From the NCBI GenBank assembly GCA_047495785.1, contig JBLDXI010000009.1:4650001-4714000 (forward strand): DNA of 64,000 nt. The letters run 5' to 3'. The notes beneath the pieces were generated by a model. That model saw nothing but the letters and a program-made list of their open reading frames with translations, was not told the DNA's origin and made no database searches. This stretch comes from Lepidodermella squamata. Taxonomy: Eukaryota > Animalia > Gastrotricha. Of this stretch, positions 24,701-36,969 are shown in pieces (the stretch's first letter is position 1; each line of letters starts with the position of its first letter). The position numbers were made by a program, and so were the translations under genes.

Positions 24701-27415
24701 ATTGTCAAATTGAAACTTTTTGGTGCCCTGTCCTTTAACGTGAGTACGCCCATCGTTGCTTCGTCTCATTTGCGGAAAACCATCACCGTTGACGCAAGTT
24801 TCTTCCGAAAAACTTTTCGGGTAATTTTTTGTGCAACCATCTTTCGAATCCCAGCAAGGCGATGATTGATGTTGAAGCCCGCACGGGCCATGTAGCATAT
24901 GTCTGGTGACAAAGTCGTGCAATTTAGGTTCCAACTGAGGATCCGGAATTTCGGCTCGAACAACTTTATCCATCTCTGCCGCAGTGTTAATCTTTTTATC
25001 CAAGGTTACCAAGATGTGAGCATGCGGCAAACCTCGTTTCTGGAATTCAACTGTGTAGATCAAATTCTTCACATTTCCGAAAACTTTATCTTTAAGGATG
25101 TTGTCGATGAGTTCACGCAATTTTACTCGGAATACACGGCAAACTAATTCCGGACGATCGGTTGCACTCTGTCCTGGCAGCAGGTTGCGTTGAATTTCAA
25201 CCCAATTGCTGTTCGTTGTCATGGTGATGAACAGATCGGGCTTGCCGTCGCGTCTAACAATTGACATGGCGTCTTGATAAAGTTCCGACATTTGTCGAGG
25301 AGAGCCACTTTTCGTTGAGGGTAATACGATTCGAACTTTAGTTCCAATATCAGAGCCGTCTCGTCCATCGCCTACAGCATCGCAAAATCCACGATAATTT
25401 TCGACTCTCAATTTATCTTGATTAAAGCGTATGAAGCCCAAATCGTTGGTTTCGATTTTTAAAAAGGAATCGACAACAAATTGTTGAAATAACTTTCCGA
25501 ATAGATGAAGAACAACTTGCCCACGTATCATAAGGCGGTGGCAAATATAGTCGCGGCATGTTAACTTTGCTTGTCGAGGGTTACCATTTTCATCCACCTT
25601 AACCGTCCTACGAAAAAGCGTCATGTCCCAGCCAAGATCACCAGATGAAAATATCAAAGGATAAGCAAGCGGATCATAATGTGCGTTAGTTTCGTCGATG
25701 CGCTGATATTGCGGACCATCCGGGCCAGTTCTGAGACGTAACACAATATCTCGATGAATATCTTTCTCGTCGTTGTATTGATAGAGCAAGCCGGAAACTT
25801 CTCCATCGCACTGGGGACGATTGTAACGGCGACGATCGATGCCGGTAACATTAGCTTTGATGGCTAATTTAAGGTCAGGGCAAGTCTGAAGGCGTGACAA
25901 ACCCATCGAATAAAGGCTGATGTATGGGTTGTTAACATCGTAAAGCATTTGCTGCAAATTAGCCAAGATATGATGTTCGACAGTGTCACCGACAAAACCT
26001 CTGCGCAACAGCAGCTGCGTTTCAGGATCGGTGAAGTAGATCTGAAGGTAACGCGGCTGCTGGCCTTCATTAGGCAACAAACAGCCGTGCCGATGATGCA
26101 GGGCGCCTTGAACCTTAAAACTGCCGAAATTTGGTGATACATCATTTAATCCAACTGATGTAAATGCTAGCGCGTTGTTGTAAATACGAATCGATCTTTT
26201 GAAATTCGCGGAATCGGCAGATTGGTTCAATAACAGCTGACTGAGATAATTGGGCGGCGTAGACAAAGGTGGAAGTTCAACCTATTAACATGCTCTGCAT
26301 TAAAGATGACATTAATAAGTGAAGTTAGACAGACCTCGTTATGAGAGCAACACAGAGAAAACTTTGGATTAGTCCTAGAAGAGCTGACCAATCGCTCGTC
26401 AAGGAAGAAAAGAGCACCACAATGCTGGCAGGGTATATCCATAGCACCGACATCATATGTAGGCACGTTGCGCTCAACGTATACTTCTCGGGCACAATTG
26501 AAGGGAGGAACGAAACGCTTCTTTTGCCTTTCGGGAACGACACCGGCGGGTCGAACAACTGATTCTTCCTCAGCATAGTGATCATACGGGTCATCATTTT
26601 CCCCATCTTCGTCATACGGAATGTCTGGAATTGCAGCCTGAGCCTCATCACGAATTAAAGCAAGAGGTAATGATTCATCAAGCGCAACATCTGATCTCGC
26701 AAGAACCAGCGGTTCGACTAACGTGATTATCTGTCTTGAGAAAACAGGAGGATTTGGAGGTTTTACGGAAGGAGGCGGAACAAAAGGATTATCCTCAGCG
26801 TAAACATGATCACCAGACGTGCTAGCACCCTGATTCTGTGGCTGTTTTGCTCGCTTTCTTCTATCTTCCGCCTTCAACGTCAGCGGGCGTTTGCCTCTCT
26901 TCCCTGGGGGTCTCCCTCCAGGCATTATGAAAAAACCTAAAAAAAGTGCAAGTGGGAGTAAAGTAAATAATGAGTTTTGAATCAAAGCAACGATATGGGC
27001 AGAACTGCAGAGTAGAACTGCAGAGTGGACACCTGGATGGTGTTGGCTTCCGACTTCCGACGAAGGAGCTTGAGGAAAAATTAAAATTTGAAAATGATTA
27101 GTTGCTAAGGAATTAAAATAATTCAAAATTAAATTAATAGAGCGTTAAAAATATTATTCCTTTTTATTTTTAAAATCTGTTCAATAACAAATAGCGCTCA
27201 ATTTGTTTTAGGGCATTTTTGACATCGGCGATTTGACGGAGTCAAAAAGTCAGAGTTTTCGCACCCATAAAATTTTATTCTCTATCTACTGATATCAAAT
27301 TTATGATTATGGGCCATACGTAAGTATGATATTAAGCGTATGCGTTGAGCGTCCAATCAGCTTTGAGAAATTCAAATCTCAGCCGTTGAGTACCTCCGCC
27401 GTTTAGTAGTTTAGA
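21787..27415 (-). mobile_element. Autonomous Helitron, apparently full length (5.6 kb)
   Basis: On the minus strand, 5' end A|TCTAAACTACTAAA at 27415 (best candidate). 3' end: perfect 22-bp palindrome GGCGGCCGCTATAGCGGCCGCC (21801-21822), 10 nt spacer, CTAG|T ending at 21787. Inserted between A and T with no TSD; encodes RepHel. Confidence 0.9.
22161..26925 (-). CDS. Helitron RepHel transposase (zinc finger, HUH Rep, PIF1-family helicase), 1533 aa
   Basis: Exons 26925-26335, 26281-24586, 24527-23193, 23140-22161 (introns 53, 58, 52 nt) total 4602 nt with no internal stop. Motifs CQHC..CC, PDLFITMT, VEFQKRGLPHAHIL, KYIYKYIHKG, DGPGGSGKT, IDEAPM, GGDFRQ, SINKSQGQSL, HGMAYVALSR. Confidence 0.96.
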
Positions 27416-28657
27416 TTTAAACCCGCTAGGAGATGTTATTCGAATCTAATGAACCCAGAACGTAAGAGACCTGAGATTTAAGGTCGATTGTTTATCGAAA
27501 GAAGCGAAAACTCAGTTTCTACTAGCAAATAATATCCTACCTATCTGCACCTATCCGATGTTTAAATAAGCTTGCTGCATCTTCCTAATGTTTCGCTAGA
27601 ATGAGCAGGAAAATCGATTCAATCTCGAACCACGTGTGCCAATCGTGGCACTTCGGGAAAACTGATCGGCATGCGTGTCGAAACTGGATCGCGGGTTTTG
27701 ACTGTGTGTGCTAAGCAAGTTTGATTACAAAATTAGAAATCCCCGTTTTTTCTTAGTTTAGAAGCTGTTTGGGCGCATTTTTATGTAAAATACCTCACAA
27801 CGATTATATATTTAGAATTCAGAGTCATCAGAAAGAGGAGAGCACTATCTAGCGACTATGTTATCCTGATTAATCTTCTTAATCAATTGGCTACAAATGG
27901 CAACAAATTAAATTATTTATTTTGCGGCCTCCGTTTGAATAATGTACAACAAAAAGTACAACAAATTTCAATTACCCATGCGGGTTTTGGGGACGGCGAC
28001 GGGCGATCTGCTCGGGTCCGAGGCATCTGTCGCGAACAGCCTGCTTTTATTATAAAATTCATAATTTTCTAAGGCTTTTTTATTTTTAGGCATTCACAAG
28101 ACTTTCAGTGTCACATTCGCCCTGTCGGATAATATTTCCTAAGTATTTCAACCCTCTATCGTACGACTCAGTTCCTTGACGTCACATGGATTAGCCCATT
28201 ATCAATATTCGGTATACAGTCTGTCATGAACAATCCGAGGATCGTCCTTAGAATATAACATTTAGTCTACTTTCCTGTTGGGTTGTTAAATTCCATGTTT
28301 TGCTGGCGTAGGAACTTCCTATACTCGAAAATAATTTATATTTATCGTCTACCAGTACTTTTTATTTTTTTTTGGAAAATGCTCACTAGTGATTAAATAG
28401 GTCGATAGCTGAGACGTCCAAATTGTCTAGTCATCACTTGATCATCTGTTCTCCTGCTAACTCTTATTTACCGAATAGCATCATCAAACGTGAAATTAGG
28501 TGCGTGCTCCCCATATCATATATTTGAGTCAAAAATTGAAAACTACTGACAGATATCAAGTTTCACAACTTTCGCCATAGTTCTGACATAAGGGAGTGAT
28601 GACATTATAATTTACAGCTATTTCAATTCAGCTGACGGTTGACTCTAAAATTGCAGG

Positions 28658-29876
28658 ATGGTTTGCAGTTTTCCTCTCCTAATAATAAGCTGTTCATTGT
28701 TACCCGGGCAGGCCACTTTATTTCAAGGCAACATCGAAAATCGCCTGTTAGAGAGGTTGTTAGATGGTTACAGAGGCCGCGGCTTGACCCGGCCAATGAT
28801 GGACATAGAGCATCCGCTGAAGGTACATTTCCACATGGAACTTTACCGATTTTCCGAGCTCGACGAGCACACGGGACATGCCCGAATTATTGCAACAGTT
28901 TCAGCTGATTGGCAAGACGAATTTTTGAAATGGAATGCATCCAGCGACGCTACAACTTTGTTTTTGGGCAGTAGAGACATTTTCAAGCCAACAATCATTC
29001 CAGTGGGTCGTTTCGGCGATGGCGCTTCTCTTTTTGGAAATTCAAAGAATGTTTTAACGTGGGTTGAAAACTCAGGAGCTGTACACGTTTCTACGGTTAA
29101 AGCGTTCGACACGTTTTGTGACATCGAGGACACGGACTTCCCGTTTGACCAACAGACCTGCGAATTCCGTTTCAAAGTGCTCAGCTTCAAGAAGCCTCGG
29201 ATTATGCTGCACTTACAGGAGGTTCACGAAAACTTGACTTCCCATCAGGATTTGAACCCGCTATGGAGTGTTGTTCGAATCGACGCCAATGAAGACAGCG
29301 AAACTTCTAGTGAGTTAAGCTCGATAGTTTACCGCATAACCATCAAGCGAAAAACCAGTTTCTACTTATGGCGAATTATCCTGCCTACAACTTGCCTATC
29401 TGCTATTCAAATTAGCCTGCTGCTCCTTCCTATTTCGCCGGAAAGAGTCATGTTTTCTGCAACCGCTGTGCTTGCTATCGACATTTTTCAATCTTCTCTG
29501 GCAACGACGCTCCAATCATCAAAAGAACCTTTGCCAATAATGCGATATTCCAATGCTCAGCTGGTGGCAGGAATTGTGATAACAATCGAATCAGTTGTAG
29601 CAGTTTTCATAATCTCAGACCGAAGAGAACTCAACAGGTAAGCATACATTGTTTTTAATCATGACATTTTTCGCAAACGTAATTCTGCCAAATAGATGCA
29701 TTCTTCGGATTCTTAATTCGAGCTGCAGGGGCAAAAGCAGCAGCAAAGATTCATCTACAATTGGTATGCAGAGATTGAAGCTTGCAGAAGTCATGGATCA
29801 AATTTTCTTTTATTCCGTCGTGGCTTATGTAGTGATTTCACCCTTGTTTTACTTCAAGCTTATTCATTTCTATTGA
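28658..29876 (+). CDS. Cys-loop channel subunit, family A, copy A5 (very short M3-M4 loop; start uncertain)
   Basis: ORF 28658-29637, intron 29638-29695 (same position as in A4), last exon with M4. Cys-loop CDIEDTDFPFDQQTC; PISPERVMF. Confidence 0.88.
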
Positions 29877-30647
29877 TTGAAATATGCTCATAAGAATATT
29901 GATTCACTCGTTTACAGTAAAAGGCTCGCGATTCGCCCTCACTGGGCCCCATTTTCTCATAGTTATTAAGCAAACATGCCTAAGCCAATAAATTGAATGC
30001 GAATCAAGATTTAGCCGGTATTAAGGCTCGCGGGAAAAATGGTGATTGCAACACAGGATATCGTCAGTTTAAAAGAAATTTCCGGTTTTAAAGGCTTTGC
30101 TTCTGAATCGCAGCAATATACACATTTTTTACAAGCACGAGCGGCCAGTCTCATAATGTTGCTAATCCGATAAATCTAACCGTGCGCGAATTATGACCAA
30201 TAAATGTATACCTACCTACATATCGGGCTGCAATTGATAGGCCGGTGTAAAGTTGTTAAAAACTCGATGCGCGCACATTTTTTTCTCGCCACGAGAGCCG
30301 CTCGCAGCTTGGCGACACAAGTCGCAGGTGTTTATTATATATATGCGCTGTGTCTACTCGCTTTCATTGACACCTAGCAACCGCACTACGGCTATACTTC
30401 AATGCGTTATAACCTATAGCCAGGCCTTGAGAGCAAAAAAAGACGAAAGATTTTTCTTAAATTGATTTATACTCCTAGACCCTGTTGAAGCATTTCCGGA
30501 AAACCAGGTCCCTTCAATTTTTTACACCCCCTTATGGCCAGTTTTTTCCTCAGTCAACCTATGTACTAAATCTCGGTGCTTATTATTTTTTCGATAAATT
30601 AAAAAATGGGATTACGCCTGCCTAGAATTTTCACCTTCAGCCGCGAT

Positions 30648-32675
30648 ATGTCGCTATCGCAGCTTGGAGAGAACACACCAGTCCCGCCGACATATCGGGA
30701 ATCAGCCATTGACTGGGGCCGGGGTGACCGGCTCCAGGTCAATTCGCAGAAAATCGATAGACAGCCTTCTTTCTACTATGGATCTCAACCTATGGCGTCG
30801 GAAATGTACGATGTGACAAATCTGAGAAAATCAGGCGTTCGGCTTAACGACCAGTTGTTACCAAAGCCAACGGAATTCCCGGTCGGCAACCTCCAGCCTA
30901 ATTACCGAATACCATCAGAACACCCGTACGCATCTCACATAGAAAGAACGGCAATGTTTCCAGACCCAGCTAGTACTTTAGTAAGATCTCACACCCTACC
31001 TAATTTTTTCGATCAATACCGTGAACGGTCTGCGCAAATCAAAGGCGAAGATCCAGCAGCGCCGTATCAAGTTTCTGAGGTCGACAAAATTCGTGGACAT
31101 CCATGGCGCAGAGAAGTCGTACATTCCGCAGTCGGGGCGTCAGAATTAAAGCCGCAACAGTTCGCAGACCCCTATGCCAGTAATTTCAGCGTTAATAGAA
31201 TCGCCCAGCAGCAGAGTGTTGTCTACCCAACCCCGCCGAATTATCAAAACCCGAATTCTCCGATGGAACGGGATCAAAATCTATCCTTGTCGCCTAGGAC
31301 AGCTAATGCGGCTCTAAATCAATATCGGGGCGATCGTTTGACCCATAACTCGATTCAGTACACTGGAAACGGTCCTGCTGATCCGTTACCAATCGATTCC
31401 CCTATCACACCCCCTCAGCCTCAATCTTCAAACGCCTTCATTCCTCCTCGGCCGCTAGCAGGCCGATCTGTTACGGTCGGCCCAGCGTCGAGATCTCGGC
31501 CTATTTACTGCCGAGCCGCGAACAACGAAGAGTTTTGCACGTGTTGGTACTGCTGCGAGGAGAGAGCGGCGAGGGAACGGCGGTTTAATGTTCAACAGAT
31601 GGAGGCTGAGAACCGGCTGCACGTCCTGGATTCGCAAACCCCGGCGAACAATATTATGGAACTGCGGCGGAAGTATGCTGCCGCCGGTGTGCCGAAATAC
31701 GGCTACAGCCCACGTTCCGAGTACTTGCCGCAAATTTTCTACAACCATATGGGTGAGTTATCGATTTATTCGGAATTTCAAATAAAGAAATTTCGAAGAA
31801 TGTTTACAGAAAGGAAGAACTCTTAAGATTGTAGCATAATTTTAAAATGAAATTAAAATGAGCTGATATAAAAAATGGAAAATCAATGGAAGCTTTCCCG
31901 TTTGTGTAGAATGTCCCCAAAGCGCAGGATTTCAAATTTGAAATTATTTTAGGCCTTTTAGGACCCCGACTTATGACTCTTTATTATAGGAACTTACCTC
32001 GCTGAACGATCTGGCCTCTACAGGCCATCGACGTATTCGATCGACGCTGAAGAGAACTACGGAGCGCTCTACCAGCAATTCCCAATTCAATTTTATGTGA
32101 AGCCTGGGGATCAACAGCCATCTGCCGCTGATAATCCGTACTTAAAGCAAGGCCAGTTCATCCAAGACGGGAAGCGAACCCACAATGATACCGAATATGG
32201 AGCGGCCTACAACACCCAAACCTTCTTACAAGAGAATGCTCTAGAGCTCTCTGCGAGAAATGACGCGACCTCTCTCATGTCCTCACGGAATGAAGATTTG
32301 AGACGAGTTGCGGTGAATTCCAGTGTCCCACTAGCGCCTGATCCAACTAATCCGTTGGACAGGCGAGGCTTCAATAACCCGGTTAATAATGCTTATCTAG
32401 GCGGCGCTATAGGAGGCGCCTCGACACAGCCAGCGTGTTGGCGCCCGCTTTGCGGCGTACCATGGCCGCATTTCAACATGGCTGTCTATCAAAACTCGTT
32501 CAATCGATCGGCGATTCATTCCGAGTTTCACGCCCGGTTTCCGGAACGCGCGCCAGATCTTAGGGAGAACGTTTCCAGTGGTAAGCGGCACGATTTCGAA
32601 TGGTTTCAACGCTCAAGAACTGCGCGGCTCGGCAACGCCCCGGATTCCGCAGCCGCAGCTTCTTGTTTAGACTGA
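30648..32675 (+). CDS. SPMIP4: C7orf31/SPMIP4-like sperm/ciliary microtubule inner protein
   Basis: Exons 30648-31752 and 31990-32675 (phase 1, in frame). Collinear motifs match my recollection of human C7orf31: YDVTNLRKSGVRLNDQLLPKP, EHPYASHIERTAMFP, KIRGHPWR, YTGNGPADPLPID, FIPPRPLAGR, C-terminal PDLRENVSSGKRH. Start could be 30606. Confidence 0.75.
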
Positions 32676-33342
32676 AATAGCTGTATATTACCAATAATAA
32701 TTGTATCACATTGTGTTTTCCAATTTTGTTGTTGATTTTATATAGTATCTAACAATTTTCTAGTAAATTTACCTGGTTTATCGATAATAGCTATAACTTA
32801 TGAGAGATTTTGATAATTCCATCTTTGAGATTTGATTATCGCCCGCTCGTTGGGATCGGGGAACGACTATTTATTTAACGAGAGTCCTAATATTGCTTTC
32901 CATACCAATATTTTACCAAAATTAAGATTTGTATCATTATGGACAATGAATAAAAGAATGATGCCTCTGATTTTTATCGCGTCTTTAGCTCCTCAAGAAA
33001 AGACTCATCTTTCATTCGAGCTCTTTCAAAGTGATGGAGTAACTGCATGCGATGAAATGGCTTCCAGTAATAAGCTACACTCTGCGATTTCCAATTTTAT
33101 GCACCTCCATCGCACTAATTGTATATATTTTTTCCTTGCGCGCGCACTGCGTTACACCTTTTAGCGAGCATAAAAAAATAAGTCAATAAACAAGCGGAAT
33201 TGTTTTCACGCGAGCAGGTTCATCGCCCGTGAGATTGAGTGTGGCTAGCTTTTTTAGTAACCGCCATCCAGTTAGGCAGTTATAAAGTAACTAATCTTTC
33301 GCAGAATTGCCGATGCCAATTTTTGTCTAACATCTCCCGAGA

Positions 33343-34101
33343 ATGATTGGAAACGTGCTTCTGCGGATGAATTCGGTCATCACTTGTGCTGTTGCCTATT
33401 ACTTCCAGCCACCCTACCAGCAAATGCCACCCCCAGTCAACAATGGATATCCCTTCTACTATCAACCATACGGCTCACGATTTCCATCCTATCCCCCTCA
33501 GCAGCAACAGTATCAAATGTCTCCTTTTGTTAACGTCAACGCCAATGGACTGCCTCTGCCTCAAAATCCTGCATTGGCTACTGCTGGTCTATGCGCTCCT
33601 TCATCGCTGGTTCGTTACATGCCGTATCCCAGCGGGACTACCATTCAGATTAAATGCCCTGACAACTATGAACTTATCGGTCCATCTGTCACAAACTGCA
33701 ACGAAAACGGGATTTGGTCCTTTGAAAACATCGGATATTGCAGACCAAAAAATATAAAGACAACGCCTTGCTGTAAGTTTGCAATAAGCTTAAGCTTCTT
33801 TGATTTTTTCAAAATTTCATTTTAAGGTAAGACCGTAAACAAGGCGTTACCAAGTACTAAAGGCTGCCCGCCACCTGTAACTTCCGATAATGTTCGAATT
33901 ACAGCCCAGTCAAAGTCGGTGGTATCTAATTTGGATCAGAAAAGCGTGTTTTTCACAACAAATGGCTGGATTCGTTATGCCTGCGCTGATAGCAGGGGTT
34001 CTGAAGAAACAACGATCATGTGCAAGCCTGACGGAAGTTGGACCTCTCGACCGCCTGATTGCGGTAACAACGACCCCATCTCGACCCACGAGATCAATTA
34101 G
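33343..34101 (+). CDS. Small protein with Y/Q/P-rich N-terminus and two Sushi/CCP domains
   Basis: Intron 33773-33826 joins the ORFs. CCP patterns CPDNYELIGPSVTNCNENGIWS and CPPP..YACADSRGSEETTIMCKPDGSWTSRPPDC. Start uncertain. Confidence 0.7.
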
Positions 34102-34488
34102 TGATCAAAAATCCGTTTTAAATGCCTAGTGACAAAGATTGACTAAGTAATCAATAATTCAAGAAAATGTTTGAATGAACTCGTTTTTATTTGATCAAAT
34201 GGATTAGATGGGAGAAATAGGCTTGAAGCTCCAAGATCCGAGTCAAGATGAATCATCCGGATGTTAAACTCGAGTTAATTCAAAACAGCCATGATACTAG
34301 TGAATCCGATTGGGTTTGCTCTTGTGAATCTTATGTTTACAGCTGATAAAACACCACGGCATTCTGGGCAAATTGAACAGCTCCTAACATCGGTTAGCCA
34401 CTCGCATACTCGTGAATTTTTTGCCCCAGAAAACATTCCTATTTCGCGTAATCTAATCAACTAAGAAAACTCAAAGAAATATATAAAT

Positions 34489-35832
34489 ATGTTCGTTCAA
34501 ATTTTTATCATTTTTATCAGCTTAAACCCAGCTTCCGGTCAAGAAATCACCTACAAACCAGCAAATGAAAAGCCTGTGGAAGACATTTTCTGTGAATTTT
34601 TGGCGCAAAACTGCCCATATTTAACCAGCAAGCGCGCCATGCCATTTCTCCCGAATCAAAGTGAACCAAATCGGGTGAATGTCATAGTCAATTTTGTGTT
34701 TGTCAAGCTGATATCTCTTGATGATTTGTCCCAAGTGTAAGAAAGCCAGTTTCATCAACAACTGTTTTTTTTTATCGACGATTATTCAGGCTCGCGTTGC
34801 AAGCTGATGTGAGGATTAAATGGCAGCTTCCACCGTGCGCTGTTTGGAAAGGGGTCACCGATTTCGGCAACCAAACTTTGAATCATTTAGTGAAGCGGTA
34901 TAATTCGCTCCATTTACAACAATGTTCATATCCCAAGGAATCAATGTACCATCCGCTAATTCTGCACATGAACAGTGTTTCTGACACTTACTATATTGAA
35001 AGGTCTGTTTCGGTATTTTCCCTGACACTTCCGTGACGATCTTAGGTAACAGATTCGGAAATGACGAAATTCAGGTGTTCTATGATGGCGAGGCTCAGCT
35101 CATGTTCAAAAACCGGCTGGACTCATTCTGCTCATTTGAGTATAAAAACATTGAAGTTTCATTTTTTCGGTTGAACGCTGATTTTATATTTACAGTTTCA
35201 CGCTGTTTCCCTTTGACATACAAATCTGCTCAGTAGAACTGGCAGCTTTCGACGAACGGCTGAATGTGACGCTCGTCAGTTCGAAGTTTCTTGGTTTCAC
35301 CGACTTCGTAGATCCTGCTGATGTGTGGCTGCATACCTACACAGATTGCTATCCTTCATATGAGGACCCTGTCTTCTCTAAAGCTGTTTGCAAGTTGACT
35401 TTTCACCGAAAGCCAATGTATCAAGTTTTAGTTGTGATAGTACCAATGGTATTACTTGTCATTCTCATTCTATCAACTTTCCTACTGCCGATAAAATTAC
35501 CCGATCGAGCCGACTTTGCTATCACTGTATATTTAGGCCTTAACGTGTCACTAAGTTCTTGCATCAGTAGCTTACCCAAAACCTCGGAGCCTGTCTATTT
35601 TGTTTATTACATCGCTTTTCTGTTGTGCATAAGCACTTTTGTGACTATTTACATGCTGTTGTCGTGTAATTTAGCTCGAAAGAAGAGATACTGCCATTCA
35701 ATATGTGGCATTATGGGATGGGTCCTCCGAAAAATCGACCTAATGGACTCGGTTTGCTTCGCCCTATCAACATCTTGTGCGTTAATCGCAAGCATCGTGT
35801 TTTTCTCAGCTGTTTTACCTTCAAAGGTTTAA
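34489..35832 (+). CDS. Cys-loop channel subunit, family B, copy B1
   Basis: Exons 34489-34736, 34790-35002, 35053-35139, 35196-35832 (three phase-2 introns). Signal peptide, LDDLSQ, spliced Cys-loop CSFDFTLFPFDIQIC, RKPMY, LPIKLPDR, LPKTSEP, four TMs. Confidence 0.9.
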
Positions 35833-36085
35833 ATAAAGTTTTAAATAAATACTTGTGAACAGCCTTCGATTCAATATCCCCCGAGCGACTGACGAAACTT
35901 TGTAACTTAAAAAGCCCGTCACCCTTCAGTAACCCCAGAAGGGGAGGATTCAATAATTAAGTAATTCAAAGCTTGGCCCAAATTGACAAAATCAAGTGCG
36001 GCAGCGCATTCATAAAAAAATCCGCCTCAATATGCGCGGCAACATCGAAGTTTTCTCTGTAATCTGGCAATCCTTTATTTTGATC

Positions 36086-36969
36086 ATGGTAAACTTGCGT
36101 ACCAGAAAACCTGTCAGCAATTGGTGCCCATTTCAGGGCGACATACCAGCAGAGCTTTTATTCCGCATTTTCGTCTTTCTTGATTACACCGAATCTCTGA
36201 AAACATGCGCCTTGGTTTGCAGAAAGTAGGCTAAGCCTCTTAAAATCTTAAGCAATTTCAATTTTTTTATTTCTATAGCTGGTACAATGTCATTGTAAGT
36301 CCCTTCTTCTTCGAATATTGGCTTGGTCAACGGCCCACAATAGGCTCCGCTTCAATATGCAACCTTTCGCTTGATGACCAAAAGACTACTTTCAGAACCC
36401 TTCAATTTGTACTGTTGAGAGGAGGTCCCATTTTCAAATGGCATGGCTTAGAACTGCCAGGGCAATGGTCAGCTCGGAAGCTTAATTGCGGCGGGCCTCG
36501 GTATGCAGGACTCGCTGAGAACGTGTCTCGATCCCGTCAATTCATCGCCGATATGAAAGACATGCCATGTTGTGATAACGTCCCTGTTTGTTTCAAGTGG
36601 CGAAGGAGTGGAAAAGGCCGGCTCTGGTTGCTAAACCTTGACGTGTTATTCGCGCCATGTGAACCTTTCATTTTCACTGAAATTCTAAAACCTGGATTTG
36701 TTTTCCGCCTCCACAACTTCAAATCCCGTTCTTGGGTGCTGTCTCAATTTCCAATCAGCTTTTTGGACGAAGATATGGACCTCATTTATAAAACCCGCTG
36801 GCCGATTAGTTATGACGGTCTAGTTGTTCCACATCCATACCCACCTAACACGCGTTACATTGTTGTTCGGCATGACCTTGGGTGCAATTTTACTCTTTGG
36901 CTGGTTCCTAATGGGAAGGCTGAGGAGCTACGCAATCATGACACTGAATTTCAAGCTGAGAGTTGGTGA
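36086..36969 (+). CDS. F-box protein with divergent FBA-like C-terminus
   Basis: F-box IPAELLFRIFVFLDYTESLKTCALVCRN|WYNVI across intron 36226-36278, in frame with ORF 36415-36969. C-terminal YPPNTRYIVVRH resembles the YPxGVRYIxFxH motif of FBXO2/6/44. Confidence 0.72.

Noticed and set aside
22161-27126. Four broken Helitron ORFs suggesting a decayed element
   Set aside because: Three canonical introns restore a single open frame.
8520-29876. Naming family A as specific nAChR or 5-HT3 genes
   Set aside because: Ligand-binding residues and the GEK/GER filter are missing; orthology cannot be supported.
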